Assembly: GCA_030373045.1 (NCBI GenBank)
Contig: JAUCPW010000002.1
Coordinates: 16,985-80,984, forward strand
Source of the DNA: Candidatus Fermentibacter sp.
GTDB taxonomy: Bacteria > Fermentibacterota > Fermentibacteria > Fermentibacterales > Fermentibacteraceae
Direction: 5' to 3'
DNA length: 64,000 nucleotides
Each line of letters starts with the position of its first letter. Position 1 is the stretch's first letter. The translations under genes and the position numbers were made by a program. Of the stretch, positions 1 to 9,930 are shown one piece after another. Below the pieces are notes generated by a model. That model was not told where the DNA came from. It worked only from the letters and a program-made list of their open reading frames with translations, and searched no databases.

Positions 1-2
1 CC

Positions 3-383
3 TCCGTGACGGGGGTGCCCGAGGCAGGCATCTACGGGGTCATCACCTTCTACAGCCAGTTCAGGCTGCAGCCGATGGGCCGGTATGTGATCAGGATCTG
101 CGACGGGACGGCATGTCACGTCTCTGCTTCACGGCAGCTCCTCGACGCGATCAGGGACGAGCTCTCCATAGAGATAGGCGAGACCGACGCCGAGAGCCTC
201 TTCACCCTCACCACGGTGGCCTGCCTCGGGTGCTGCTCCCTCGCGCCGGTGATGATGATCAACGACGAGACGTTCGGAAGGCTCACCCCGGCCGCGGTGA
301 GGAAGATCCTGAAGGATTTCCGCCGCCGCCGCGACGCCGAAGGGAACGGATCGGCCGCCACCGGATGCGGGGTGGAGAATTGA
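3..383 (+). CDS. NuoE/HydC-type thioredoxin-like [2Fe-2S] ferredoxin subunit (5'-truncated at window edge)
   Basis: The frame stays open to the window start. ICDGTACHV ... CLGCCSLAPVMMIND is the four-Cys signature of the 24-kDa NuoE/HndA family. The TGA stop (381-383) overlaps the TTG start of the next gene. Confidence 0.85.
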   Translation, partial: SVTGVPEAGIYGVITFYSQFRLQPMGRYVIRICDGTACHVSASRQLLDAIRDELSIEIGETDAESLFTLTTVACLGCCSLAPVMMINDETFGRLTPAAVRKILKDFRRRRDAEGNGSAATGCGVEN

Positions 384-2152
384 AGAGGATCATCGTCGGA
401 ATGGGAACCTGCGGGCTCTCCGCGGGGGCGCAGGCTGCGTACGACGCGCTGAAGCCGCTCGCCGAAGGCTCCGACTGCGGGCTGTCCATCTCGGGCTGCA
501 TCGGGATGTGCTTCAGGGAGCCGCTGGTCGAGGTGCGCGACGGCGACAGGTGCTTCGTCTACGGAGAGGTGACCCCGGAGAGGGCCGTCGAGATCTGGAG
601 GCGCCACGTCCAGGGCGGCGAGGTCGTCTCCGAGTGGGTGATCCACTCCAGGGGACCGGGGGTCGACGACGCCGGTACGGAGAAGGACTTCCTCTCGCTC
701 CAGAAGAGGATCGTCCTGCGCAACTGCGGGATCATCGATCCCGAGTCCATCGCGGAGTACGAGGCGACCGGCGGCTATGCCGCCCTTCGGAGAGCGCTCT
801 TCGAGATGACGCCCGGATCGATCATCCAGGAGATCAAGGACTCGGGGCTCAGGGGCAGGGGGGGCGGAGGGTTCCCGACCGGGCTCAAGTGGTCCCTCGC
901 CGCGGCGAACCCTGGTGACGTCAAATACCTGGTCTGCAACGCCGACGAGGGCGACCCCGGGGCGTTCATGGACAGGTCGGTGCTCGAGAGCGACCCCCAT
1001 TCGGTGCTCGAGGGCATGATGATCGCCGCCAGGGCGATCGGGACGTCGATCGGCTACGTCTACTGCCGCGCAGAGTATCCGCTTGCGATCAGGCGGCTCG
1101 AGAAGGCTCTGGCGGACGCCCGCGGCCGCGGATACCTGGGACGGGACATACTCGGCTCCGGCATGGACTTCGACATCACGATAAAGCAGGGGGCCGGGGC
1201 CTTCGTGTGCGGCGAGGAGACCGCCCTCTTCGCGTCGATCGAGGGCGAGCGCGGGATGCCGAGGATAAGGCCCCCGTTCCCTGCGGAGAAGGGCCTCTGG
1301 CGCAGACCCACCAACAACAACAACGTGGAGACATACGCCAACGTGCCCTGGATCATCGCGAACGGGTCGGCCGCCTTCGCTGCGATAGGCACCGAGAAGA
1401 GCAGGGGGACGAAGGTCTTCGCGCTCGCAGGCAGGGTGGCGAAGGGCGGCCTGGCCGAGGTCCCCATGGGGATGAGCATAAACGACCTCGTCTTCAGGAT
1501 CGGCGGCGGCATCAAACAGGGCAGGGCGTTCAAGGCCGTCCAGATGGGCGGACCCTCCGGCGGGTGCATCCCCGCCTCGCTCGGCGACACGCCGGTGGAC
1601 TTCGAGAACATCCCCAGGACGGGTGCGATCATGGGCTCGGGCGGGATGGTCGTGCTCGACGACACCACATGCATGGTGGAGATCGCAAGGTTCTTCCTCG
1701 AGTTCACCCAGAACGAGTCCTGCGGAAAGTGCACGTTCTGCAGGATAGGCACTCTCAGGATGCTGGAGGTGCTCGAGCGCATCACCAGGGGCGAGGGCAC
1801 GCCGGAAGACCTCGGCCGGCTGGACGAGCTGGCGAGGAGGATCAAGGAGGCGAGCCTCTGCGCGCTGGGGCAGACCGCGCCCAACCCTGTCCTCAGCACG
1901 ATGAGGTACTTCAGGGAGGAGTACGAGGCGCACATCGACCGCCACGCCTGCCCGGCGGGCAACTGCCTGGCGCTCGTGGAGTTCTCGATCGATCCCGCCC
2001 TCTGCACCGGCTGCACTCTCTGCGCGAGGAACTGCCCTGTCGGCGCGATCTCGGGCGAGAGGAAGCAGCCGCACAGGATCGACAAAGACAAGTGCGTGAA
2101 GTGCGGCAGGTGCATATCCAGCTGCAACTTCGGCGCCGTGAAGAAAGCGTAG
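380..2152 (+). CDS. NuoF/HydB-type NAD(H)-binding flavoprotein subunit with an N-terminal 2Fe-2S domain and a C-terminal 2x[4Fe-4S] ferredoxin domain
   Basis: The TTG start at 380 is in frame with the long ORF. Motifs include GLRGRGGGGFPTGLKW (FMN/NADH site), ESCGKCTFCRIG (N3-type cluster), and CTGCTLCARNCPVGAI / CVKCGRCISSCNFGAV. The part of the track ORF upstream of 380 overlaps the NuoE-like gene and is not coding. Confidence 0.85.
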   Translation: MKRIIVGMGTCGLSAGAQAAYDALKPLAEGSDCGLSISGCIGMCFREPLVEVRDGDRCFVYGEVTPERAVEIWRRHVQGGEVVSEWVIHSRGPGVDDAGTEKDFLSLQKRIVLRNCGIIDPESIAEYEATGGYAALRRALFEMTPGSIIQEIKDSGLRGRGGGGFPTGLKWSLAAANPGDVKYLVCNADEGDPGAFMDRSVLESDPHSVLEGMMIAARAIGTSIGYVYCRAEYPLAIRRLEKALADARGRGYLGRDILGSGMDFDITIKQGAGAFVCGEETALFASIEGERGMPRIRPPFPAEKGLWRRPTNNNNVETYANVPWIIANGSAAFAAIGTEKSRGTKVFALAGRVAKGGLAEVPMGMSINDLVFRIGGGIKQGRAFKAVQMGGPSGGCIPASLGDTPVDFENIPRTGAIMGSGGMVVLDDTTCMVEIARFFLEFTQNESCGKCTFCRIGTLRMLEVLERITRGEGTPEDLGRLDELARRIKEASLCALGQTAPNPVLSTMRYFREEYEAHIDRHACPAGNCLALVEFSIDPALCTGCTLCARNCPVGAISGERKQPHRIDKDKCVKCGRCISSCNFGAVKKA

Positions 2153-2158
2153 GCCCTG

Positions 2159-5100
2159 ATGGACACCGTCAAGCTGATCGTCAACGGGACGGAGGTCGAG
2201 GCCCGGCCGGGGCAGACGATTCTGGAAGTGGTACGCGAGCACGGACTGGACGACATCCCCACCCTGTGCCACTCCCCGGAGCTGGAACCGTACGGTTCAT
2301 GCTTCGTGTGCGTGGTCGAGGTGAAGGGGAGGCCGGTTCTGGTCCCGTCCTGCGCCACGCGCGTGACCGACGGGATGGAGGTCGAGACCCGCAACGAGCG
2401 TGTCAGGGCCTCGCGGAAGACGGCTCTGGAGCTCCTCCTGTCCAACCACTACGCCGACTGCGTCTCGCCGTGCAAGCTCGGATGCCCCGCGGGGGTTGAC
2501 GTCCAGGGCTATCTGGCCCTCGCCTCGATGGGCGAGACCAGGAAGGCCATCGACCTGATCCGCGAGAGCAACCCCCTGCCCGCCGTGTGCGGCAGGGTCT
2601 GCGTGCGCAAGTGCGAGGCGGTCTGCCGCAGGGCGGACGTGGACAGCCCGGTGGGAATCAACGCGGTGAAGCGCTACCTGACCGATGCTCCCGGAGTCTA
2701 TGACGGCCCGGTCGAACGCGAACCGCTCAACGGGAAGAGCGTCGGGATAGTCGGCGGGGGCCCTGCCGGGCTCTCGGCGGCCTGGTTCCTCGGCAGGCAC
2801 GGATACCGGGTGACGGTATACGAGATGATGGAGAAGGCCGGCGGGATGGTGCGGTACGGCATCCCCGAGTACCGGCTCCCCGACGAGGTCCTAGACCGGG
2901 AGATCGACTTCGTGACCCGTGCGGGAGTCGAGATCAGAACCGGCGTGAAGGTCGGCAGGGACATCCCCTTCGATGAACTGAGGAGGCTCCACGACGCCGT
3001 ATTCGTCGCGGCAGGAGCCTGGGCGAGCAATCCCATGAAGGTCGACGGAGAGTTCACGACCGCGGGGGTCGTAGGGGGCATCGAGTTCCTGCGCGAGAAG
3101 TACCACGACAGGTCGGCCATCTCCGGCACCGTCGTCGTCGTGGGCGGCGGGAACACCGCCATGGACGTGGCGAGGACCGCATGGCGCCTGGGAGCCGACA
3201 AGGTGATCCTCCTCTACCGCAGGACCAGGGCGGAGATGCCGGCCGATCCCATGGAGATCGAGGATGCTCTGCACGAAGGCGTGGAGATCATGGAACTCGC
3301 CGCCCCCGCGGGCATCGGAGCCGTGGACGGAAGGCTCTCCTCGCTGCGCTGCATCAGGATGAAGCTCGGCGAGCCCGACTCCTCCGGGCGCAGGAGGCCG
3401 GTGCCGATGGAGGGCTCCGAGTTCGACCTGCCATGCGATCTGGCCGTGGCAGCCATCGGCCAGTCGCCCCTGCTGGAGGGGCTCGCCGGCTCCGACGGGC
3501 TCCCGGGCACGACCCGGTGGGGCACCGTCAGTGTGGACACCTCCACCATGAAGACGGACATCGACGGCGTATTCGCCGGTGGCGACGCAGCCGACGACGG
3601 CCCGACCGTGGTGATAGACGCGATAGCGGACGGGCGCACCGCCGCCCTGTCGATCCATGCATACCTCGGGGGAGGGGATCCCCCTCACCCGTTCATCGTC
3701 CGCAAGGACATGTGGTCCAAGCCCGGGAAGGCCGAGCTGGGCGACATCGCCGAGAGCCCCCGCCACGAGGTCCACATGCGGCCCGTCCCGGAGAGGGAGG
3801 GCAGCTTCTGCGAGGTGGCGACCGGTTTCGAATGGGAGGATGTCGTCCACGAAGGGGCGAAGTGCCTGTCCTGCGGGTGCCTGAGGTACGACGACTGCGA
3901 TCTGAGGCTGCGAGCCGAAGAGTACGGGGCGGATGTGGCGCACTACTCCGGGCACGTTCGCAGGCACAGGCCGGACGACAGGCACCCCCACATCCTCTAC
4001 GACCCCAACAAGTGCGTCCTCTGCGGCCGGTGCATCAGGACATGCGCCAGGGTACTGCCCGTCGCGGCCCTGGGGCTGGTCGGGCGCGGCTTCCGGACGG
4101 AGATGCGGCCCGCGATGAACGACCCCCTGGTGGAGACCAACTGCGTGAGCTGCGGGAACTGCGTCGATGCGTGCCCCACGGGTGCACTCACGGTCAAGCT
4201 CCCGTATCCCGGAAGGGCATGCCTCGAGGTCGTCGAGCGGGCCACCCGCTGCCCGGTCTGCTCGCTCCAGTGCGCGGTGAGGGTGATGTCGCACGGGCCC
4301 GCCCGCTACTACATCACCTCCTCCGGCGTGCCGGGCGACTACCTCTGCAGGTCCGGGCGCTTCGCGAACGAGCTCTTCATCTCGAGCAGGCGCATATCGG
4401 CCCCCTCCGTCAGGCGCGGAGCCGAAGCGGTCAGGACCGATGCCTGCACCGCCGTCCGTGAGGCCGTCGCCGGTCTCCGGAAGGCGGCAGCGGAGTACGG
4501 CCCCGGAGCCGTGGCGGTCTTCGTATCGGCGGAATCCACGGTGGAGGAGATGCACCTGGCCGCCCTGATAGCCAGGGAGGGCCTCGGGACGGGGAACATC
4601 GGCTCGATCGCAGCCTCCTGCTCTTCATACGACCCGGCGGCCCTGGACGGGATGCTCGGGTTCACCGCCTCCACGGCCGGCCGGGAGTCCCTGGCGCAGG
4701 CCGACCTGGTGATCTGCAGCAACACGAGCCTCGAGGGTGACCATCCCGTGCTGGCCGTGGACGTCCTCGAAGCGGTCCGGAAGAGGGGGGCCGGCCTGGT
4801 CGTGGTCAACTCGGCTCTCGACGACGCCGACCGCATCCTCTCGCGCGCGGTGCTCGACCCCGTAAGGGGAACGGCCTCCGTCCTCTGGGCCGGCATCGTG
4901 CGCAGCCTCGCCGAAACGGGCGCAGTAACGGAGGAGGCGGTCGCATCCGTCCCGGGCGGCGCGGAGTTCTTCTCGAGCCTGGGGCGCACCTTCGAGGAGG
5001 TCTGTGCCATGGCCGGGGTCGATCCCGGCTCCGCGAGGGCCGTCGTGGATGCAGTGGCCGGTTCATCCCGCATGGTGATCGTCCACACGCCCGACAGGGC

Positions 5101-5851
5101 GCGCGACAGGGCCAGGGGCGACCTCGAGATCCTGGCGGGGCTCGCGGTGCTGGCCAACGCGTCGGGCAGGCGTGCGGACATCCTGCTGCCGAGGATACTG
5201 CCGAACGGCGCCGCCCTCGAGGTGGCCGGAGCGTCTCCGGCGTTCCTGCCGGGGCGAAGACCGTCCGGAGCGGGGCATGCGGACCTCGCCCGGGCGCTCG
5301 GGGACGGCTCGACAAGGGCGGCCCTCGTGATCGGCGAGGACCCGCTCGGCATCGACCGCACGGCCGCCTGGTTCGGGAACGTCGAATTCCTAGTGGCCTT
5401 GGACTGGGCCTCGACGGAGACGACCCGCGCCGCGGACGTAGTGCTGCCCGGATCGACCGGGCTGGAAGGATCGGGCACCAGGCTCGACTTCACCGGCGCG
5501 GCAAGGACGTTCGGCAGGGCGGTCGAGCCGCCCGCAGGGATCGGTACGGCTGGAGCGCTGGCCATGATCGCCGGGGAATGCGGCATCGCAGCCGACGCGG
5601 AGGCGATCGGTGCATCCGTCAGGGAGGCGCTCGAGGCCGGATCCGCCGGCATGGCCGGGTTCTACTGGAACGATGGGGTGCATCCCGTCTGGGATGGAAA
5701 GGGCAGGCTCGGGCCGGTCGAGACGGGGTTCGAGCCCGGCAGGCTCTGCCCGCCGCTGACGGTGACAGCCCAGTACAGGGCCGGGATCGCCGGGGTCGGC
5801 GACGCCCGCTACCGCGTCGCGGGCGGTGTCAGAGGAAAAAACGTCAAGTAA
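2159..5851 (+). CDS. Multidomain oxidoreductase: NuoG-type 2Fe-2S + GltD-like FAD/NAD(P)H oxidoreductase + 4Fe-4S ferredoxin + molybdopterin-oxidoreductase-like domain
   Basis: Domain motifs in order: CHSPELEPYGSCFVCVVEV (2Fe-2S); CKLGCPAGVD...NPLPAVCGRVCVRKCEAVC and VGIVGGGPAGLSAAWFL / VVVVGGGNTAMD (GltD fold); CVLCGRCIRTC and CVSCGNCVDACPTG; RCPVCSLQCAV...LCRSGRF (MopB-type 4Fe-4S); then about 480 aa of MopB-like sequence. Confidence 0.8.
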   Translation: MDTVKLIVNGTEVEARPGQTILEVVREHGLDDIPTLCHSPELEPYGSCFVCVVEVKGRPVLVPSCATRVTDGMEVETRNERVRASRKTALELLLSNHYADCVSPCKLGCPAGVDVQGYLALASMGETRKAIDLIRESNPLPAVCGRVCVRKCEAVCRRADVDSPVGINAVKRYLTDAPGVYDGPVEREPLNGKSVGIVGGGPAGLSAAWFLGRHGYRVTVYEMMEKAGGMVRYGIPEYRLPDEVLDREIDFVTRAGVEIRTGVKVGRDIPFDELRRLHDAVFVAAGAWASNPMKVDGEFTTAGVVGGIEFLREKYHDRSAISGTVVVVGGGNTAMDVARTAWRLGADKVILLYRRTRAEMPADPMEIEDALHEGVEIMELAAPAGIGAVDGRLSSLRCIRMKLGEPDSSGRRRPVPMEGSEFDLPCDLAVAAIGQSPLLEGLAGSDGLPGTTRWGTVSVDTSTMKTDIDGVFAGGDAADDGPTVVIDAIADGRTAALSIHAYLGGGDPPHPFIVRKDMWSKPGKAELGDIAESPRHEVHMRPVPEREGSFCEVATGFEWEDVVHEGAKCLSCGCLRYDDCDLRLRAEEYGADVAHYSGHVRRHRPDDRHPHILYDPNKCVLCGRCIRTCARVLPVAALGLVGRGFRTEMRPAMNDPLVETNCVSCGNCVDACPTGALTVKLPYPGRACLEVVERATRCPVCSLQCAVRVMSHGPARYYITSSGVPGDYLCRSGRFANELFISSRRISAPSVRRGAEAVRTDACTAVREAVAGLRKAAAEYGPGAVAVFVSAESTVEEMHLAALIAREGLGTGNIGSIAASCSSYDPAALDGMLGFTASTAGRESLAQADLVICSNTSLEGDHPVLAVDVLEAVRKRGAGLVVVNSALDDADRILSRAVLDPVRGTASVLWAGIVRSLAETGAVTEEAVASVPGGAEFFSSLGRTFEEVCAMAGVDPGSARAVVDAVAGSSRMVIVHTPDRARDRARGDLEILAGLAVLANASGRRADILLPRILPNGAALEVAGASPAFLPGRRPSGAGHADLARALGDGSTRAALVIGEDPLGIDRTAAWFGNVEFLVALDWASTETTRAADVVLPGSTGLEGSGTRLDFTGAARTFGRAVEPPAGIGTAGALAMIAGECGIAADAEAIGASVREALEAGSAGMAGFYWNDGVHPVWDGKGRLGPVETGFEPGRLCPPLTVTAQYRAGIAGVGDARYRVAGGVRGKNVK

Positions 5852-6039
5852 GCAGAATGGCGGCATATGTCGCCGGAATACTCCGGAGAACTGAGTGACA
5901 GTACGAGCATAACATCAAGTGCAACAATAACATATGCTGCATGTACATTCTTGACGCGCAATCATATGGCGGGCTTATTGGAAAGAGGTGATTACTTTAC
6001 ATTCTTTCCTCTGACACCGGACTGAAATGGGGGGGCGAG

Positions 6040-8406
6040 ATGATCGTGATTCTGTGCTGTGCAATGCTGGCGGCATCGGGAGGCGAAACCGCCCCGACCT
6101 CAGCCGTCGTTCCACAGGACTCGGTCGCAGCGATCGCCGGCCTTCCGGCCCTCGTCGAGGAGAACCCGGGTCCCGTGCCCGGGTTCGCATCGGCCCTCGA
6201 CGGGATGCACTACCGCGGCTGCCAGACCGGAGGGATCGCGTCGCTTCTCGACGGATACCCGACCTGGTCGGCTCTTGCTGGAGAATCCTTCCTTTCCGCC
6301 CCGGCGGCGGCCGTCGAGAGGGAGGCCATCCTTGCAGGCGGCCGGGCCGGAGGGGTCTTCTCGGGCCTGTCGGGCGCGACCGCCATCATCACCAGTTCGC
6401 CCGATTCCCCCGGGATGTCCGGTGAGGTCGATTTCGGGATGGGTTCCATGGTGACCGGCGACATGACGCCTCTCTGGCACCCTTTCGTCCCGTCTCACGA
6501 GACGCGCCCCCTGCTCGAGGACTGCCTCACCGCCTCCGCCGCGGTCGAGGGGGCCGCCGAGGGCGTGCTGCCGGGCCTGACCACCGTGCTCGTCTCCGGC
6601 GAGTTCGTCACGTCGGAACCCGCCGACGCCGACGAAGGGTCCTGGCGCGATAACTGGGACAACAACGGCTACGACAGATGGAACGGCCTCGCGAAACTCG
6701 GCTGGATCAGGTCGGAATCGTTCGAGGCCGGCATCACCTTCGCCCTCCACGAGAGGGAACGGGGCTGGTCGGACTGGTCCTGGAGCAGGTTCGAGGATCT
6801 CTATATCGATACGGACACGACATCGTCGACCTTCGGAGACACTCTCGCGGGTGGAGTCGGGATCGACTGCTCACTCCCGACCCGCTACGACGAGGGATCG
6901 CTCGTAGGGCTGGATGCGAGCTTCGGCCTCGGCCAGGCCGGAACCCTCGGCGCCTCCCTCGCGGTGACCGGATCGCGGGTCTACACGAGGATCGACGACC
7001 CCGCGGGAGGATACCTGGGCGAAGGCTTCGACGAGGAGGAATGGGGGTACTACACCCCTCCGGCGCTCCTCCTCGACTCCGACGGCTTCGTCCGAAGCGG
7101 AGTGCACGACCTCCTCTGGTTCGACTCCGAGGACGACGCCCTCTCCGCCGGGCTCGACTGGAGCCTGACCTCCGGGCGGCATTCCCTGACAGCGGGTTCC
7201 GGCCTGATGCTCCACGACATCTCGGAGACCTGCGTCACGCTGCTGGACTCCCAGACCACGGTGGCCTGGCAGGAGTGGGCGGCCTCCCCCACGGAGGGGT
7301 TCCTCGCAGTCCGTGACGCGATCGACCTGAACCGCGATCTCGCGGTCACCCCGGGGCTGCGGCTGGGGTACTTCGACCCCGCATTCGACTTCACGGAGGA
7401 GCCCGGCATCGTCATGCCCGGTGCGAACACGGGCGGCCCGCTGCCCGGCGGGAGCCTCTCGACCGAAGCCTCCGCGAAGACCTGGCTGGACATGTCCCTC
7501 GCGATCGTCCAGGACCTCGACACCCATCATTCCGTCACAGTCGAATACTCCCGCGTTTCCAGGATGCCGCGCTTCGTTTTCCTCTACCCCGGGACCGACT
7601 CGATCCTCGTGAGCGAAGGCCAGTACGTGGGCAATCCCGACCTCGACCCCGAGGTATGCACCGATATCTCGCTGGGGCTCTCCAGGACCTGCCCCGGCCG
7701 CGGCGAGATGGGAGTGTCGGTCTACTACCGCACCATGGACGATCTGGTGAGGACCGAGCTGCGGGAGGACCCCGCCCAGGGCTCGTACCGCCAGTTCGAC
7801 AACGGGGCGACAGCCACCGTGCAGGGCCTCGAGGTCTCCCATCGTGCAGGCCTGTCCGACTGGCTGGCCTGGTCCGCCACATACACGCTGAGCAAGGCAG
7901 AGGGCACTTGGTCGGTGCTGCAGCAGCCCGCCGGCTACGAGTGGGTGACGCCCTGGATCTCCGAGACCGACGAGTTCCCCCTGGAATGGGACCGCAGACA
8001 CTCCCTCGACCTGTCCCTCGCGGGCGAGTTCCCCGGCCGCTTCGGCGCCCTGGGCGGCCTCGGAGCGGAGCTGGCATGGAGCTACGCGAGCGGATTCCCG
8101 CTGGATACCTCGTATTACGGCGAGGCTCCGGCCACGAGGAACTCGGAGCGATACCCCGACATGACCAGGCTCGACGCCTCCGTCTGGAAGGAGCACAGGC
8201 TGGGCGGGCTCGACCTGACCCTGAGGCTCGACGTCGTGAACCTGTCCCAGGAGAGGAACATCGCCCGGGTGGTGGACACGGAGTGGTACTTCGCGGAGCT
8301 CGGGGGTGACGGGGATTACGACATGGATCCGACCGGCCCCATGGGCAACAGCCACGCGTTCGCCTCACCGAGGCACTTCATGCTGGGGCTCTCGATCGGC
8401 TGGTAG
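6040..8406 (+). CDS. TonB-dependent-receptor-like outer-membrane beta-barrel protein
   Basis: Hydrophobic signal-like N-terminus. Barrel-type alternating motifs (VQGLEVSHRAG...ATYTLSKAEG). C-terminal aromatic residue (...LGLSIGW). No clear plug motif was recognised. Confidence 0.5.
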   Translation: MIVILCCAMLAASGGETAPTSAVVPQDSVAAIAGLPALVEENPGPVPGFASALDGMHYRGCQTGGIASLLDGYPTWSALAGESFLSAPAAAVEREAILAGGRAGGVFSGLSGATAIITSSPDSPGMSGEVDFGMGSMVTGDMTPLWHPFVPSHETRPLLEDCLTASAAVEGAAEGVLPGLTTVLVSGEFVTSEPADADEGSWRDNWDNNGYDRWNGLAKLGWIRSESFEAGITFALHERERGWSDWSWSRFEDLYIDTDTTSSTFGDTLAGGVGIDCSLPTRYDEGSLVGLDASFGLGQAGTLGASLAVTGSRVYTRIDDPAGGYLGEGFDEEEWGYYTPPALLLDSDGFVRSGVHDLLWFDSEDDALSAGLDWSLTSGRHSLTAGSGLMLHDISETCVTLLDSQTTVAWQEWAASPTEGFLAVRDAIDLNRDLAVTPGLRLGYFDPAFDFTEEPGIVMPGANTGGPLPGGSLSTEASAKTWLDMSLAIVQDLDTHHSVTVEYSRVSRMPRFVFLYPGTDSILVSEGQYVGNPDLDPEVCTDISLGLSRTCPGRGEMGVSVYYRTMDDLVRTELREDPAQGSYRQFDNGATATVQGLEVSHRAGLSDWLAWSATYTLSKAEGTWSVLQQPAGYEWVTPWISETDEFPLEWDRRHSLDLSLAGEFPGRFGALGGLGAELAWSYASGFPLDTSYYGEAPATRNSERYPDMTRLDASVWKEHRLGGLDLTLRLDVVNLSQERNIARVVDTEWYFAELGGDGDYDMDPTGPMGNSHAFASPRHFMLGLSIGW

Positions 8407-8451
8407 GAACGGCCGCCGGAACCGGGATCGGGCGCGCCCGCGCGGGACCGC

Positions 8452-9930
8452 TCAGGCCCGCGGGCGCGTCTCGCCCAGGAAGGGCCTCGCGTACCTGTCC
8501 CAGAAGTCGGCGAAGAACCTGTACACGGTCATGTCGCCCTTCATCCTGAACCTGCGCGTCAGCACCGACAGCACGTTCCCGGCAAGCTTCCCGGGATGCA
8601 GCGCTAGCTTGATCAGCGCGAACTGGACGTACACCCAGATCCTCGCCGCCGTGATGAGCCTGTAGTTGTCCCGCCAGGTCGGAGAGAAGTTGATGTCCTC
8701 GTATTCGATGCCGTCCGGCTTCAGATCCGCCACGCCGGTCTCCGGCAGGGGGGTCAGCATGAAGGTCACGACCTCGTCGAGCCCTGACGCCGCGAGCTTC
8801 CTGATGTAGGAGTAGGTCAGCCTCCTGTCGGCCCGCTCCTCGCCCGGGAAGCCGAGCACGAAGTTGCAGTTCACCTTGATGCCCAGCTCGCCGCACCATC
8901 TCACGACGTCGTGGACGTGGTCCAGGTCGACGCTCTTGTTCATCAGGCCAAGCACCCTCTGCGAGCCCGACTCGGGGGAGAGGGCGAAGTAGCAGCACCC
9001 CGACCTCCTCAGGAGGAGGAGCTCCTCGTAGCCGACCGTCTCGGCCTTGATGCCCGAGGGGAAGCAGTAGGTGTACCTCCTGCCCCTTCGCAGGAGCTCG
9101 AGGGCGAATTCCCTGGTCCGGCTCCGCGAGAGCGAGAAGTTCTCGTCCTGTATGTGGAAGTCGGATACGCCGTACCTGTCGTGGTAATGGTCCATCTCGT
9201 CGACGATGCGGCGCGGGCTCTTGGCCATCCACTTCCCGCCCCACATCTTCGGAGTCTGGCAGAAGGCGCAGGCATGCGGGCACCCCCGGCTCGTGAACAT
9301 GTTGATGTACCTGCCGGACACCACCGGGCCGTGGGCGTAGTGGAGCTTCCAGTAGGTCTCGAGCGGGATGGAATCGTAGTCGCCGAACGGCAGGTCCTCG
9401 ATGGGGCAGACCCTCGGCGTGCGGGGCGACTCGATCCCCGCGCCGTATATGCCGTCGAGGGCGAACTTCGTACCCTTCTCGATGCAGTCTATCAGGAGCG
9501 GCAGCCGATGCTCCCCCTCGCCCTGGAGGACGAAGTCGGCTCCGGCCTCGAGGAACGGCTCGACGCAGAACGTGGTGTGGTATCCCCCGACCACGATCGT
9601 GGCTCCCGGGAAGCGCTTCCGGGATTCCTCGACGAGCGCGATGCTGTTGCCGTGTTCCAGGGTGCAGTGCACCGATATGCCGATCATCCCGGTGCCTTCG
9701 CGGATCAGCGCGACAGCTTCGGCGGGCGTGAGGCCCCTCGCCTCGAACCTGTCCTTGTAGGGCATGAATCTCGCCGGTGCGAGCCCGTACGAGTCCACCA
9801 CCGAGACGTCGTGTCCACGGTTCTTCAGCACGGCGGCGAGGTACGCGAGGTTCGACGGCATGCCTGGGGTGGAGCCGAAGGGGCTGTTCTTCAGGTTCAC
9901 CACGGGCGGCCTGAGCAGTGCGACTCTCAT
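8452..9930 (-). CDS. B12-binding (class B) radical SAM protein
   Basis: The start was trimmed to MRVALLRPP. The N-terminal Rossmann-like B12 domain is followed by FTSRGCPHACAFCQTP (CxxxCxxC). The ATG overlaps the upstream stop (ATGA at 9927-9930). Confidence 0.85.
   Translation of the reverse strand: MRVALLRPPVVNLKNSPFGSTPGMPSNLAYLAAVLKNRGHDVSVVDSYGLAPARFMPYKDRFEARGLTPAEAVALIREGTGMIGISVHCTLEHGNSIALVEESRKRFPGATIVVGGYHTTFCVEPFLEAGADFVLQGEGEHRLPLLIDCIEKGTKFALDGIYGAGIESPRTPRVCPIEDLPFGDYDSIPLETYWKLHYAHGPVVSGRYINMFTSRGCPHACAFCQTPKMWGGKWMAKSPRRIVDEMDHYHDRYGVSDFHIQDENFSLSRSRTREFALELLRRGRRYTYCFPSGIKAETVGYEELLLLRRSGCCYFALSPESGSQRVLGLMNKSVDLDHVHDVVRWCGELGIKVNCNFVLGFPGEERADRRLTYSYIRKLAASGLDEVVTFMLTPLPETGVADLKPDGIEYEDINFSPTWRDNYRLITAARIWVYVQFALIKLALHPGKLAGNVLSVLTRRFRMKGDMTVYRFFADFWDRYARPFLGETRPRA

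Noticed and set aside
116-2272. 718-aa minus-strand ORF. Similar long antisense or off-frame ORFs occur at 1060-2445, 2891-4555, 4339-5652, 18227-20374, 32313-34499, 43028-43927 and 46375-47790.
   Set aside because: All are antisense or out of frame relative to genes with strong family motifs. Their compositions are Arg/Pro/Gly-biased and no domain signatures are present.
4230-5851. The formate dehydrogenase catalytic subunit as the identity of the MopB-like domain.
   Set aside because: There is no in-frame TGA (Sec). The candidate Cys is followed by Ser rather than the conserved His. A GltD insertion is atypical for FDH. The substrate is left unassigned.
5852-6039. A cobalamin riboswitch upstream of the TonB-dependent-like receptor. 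The region 60711-60879 upstream of cobO was also considered. A further question was whether 5852-6039 is a fourth copy of the repeat family.
   Set aside because: No B12-box or conserved riboswitch core was recognisable. Similarity to the repeat family is limited to short AT-rich strings (GCAGCATAT, TGTTG) and is not convincing by eye.
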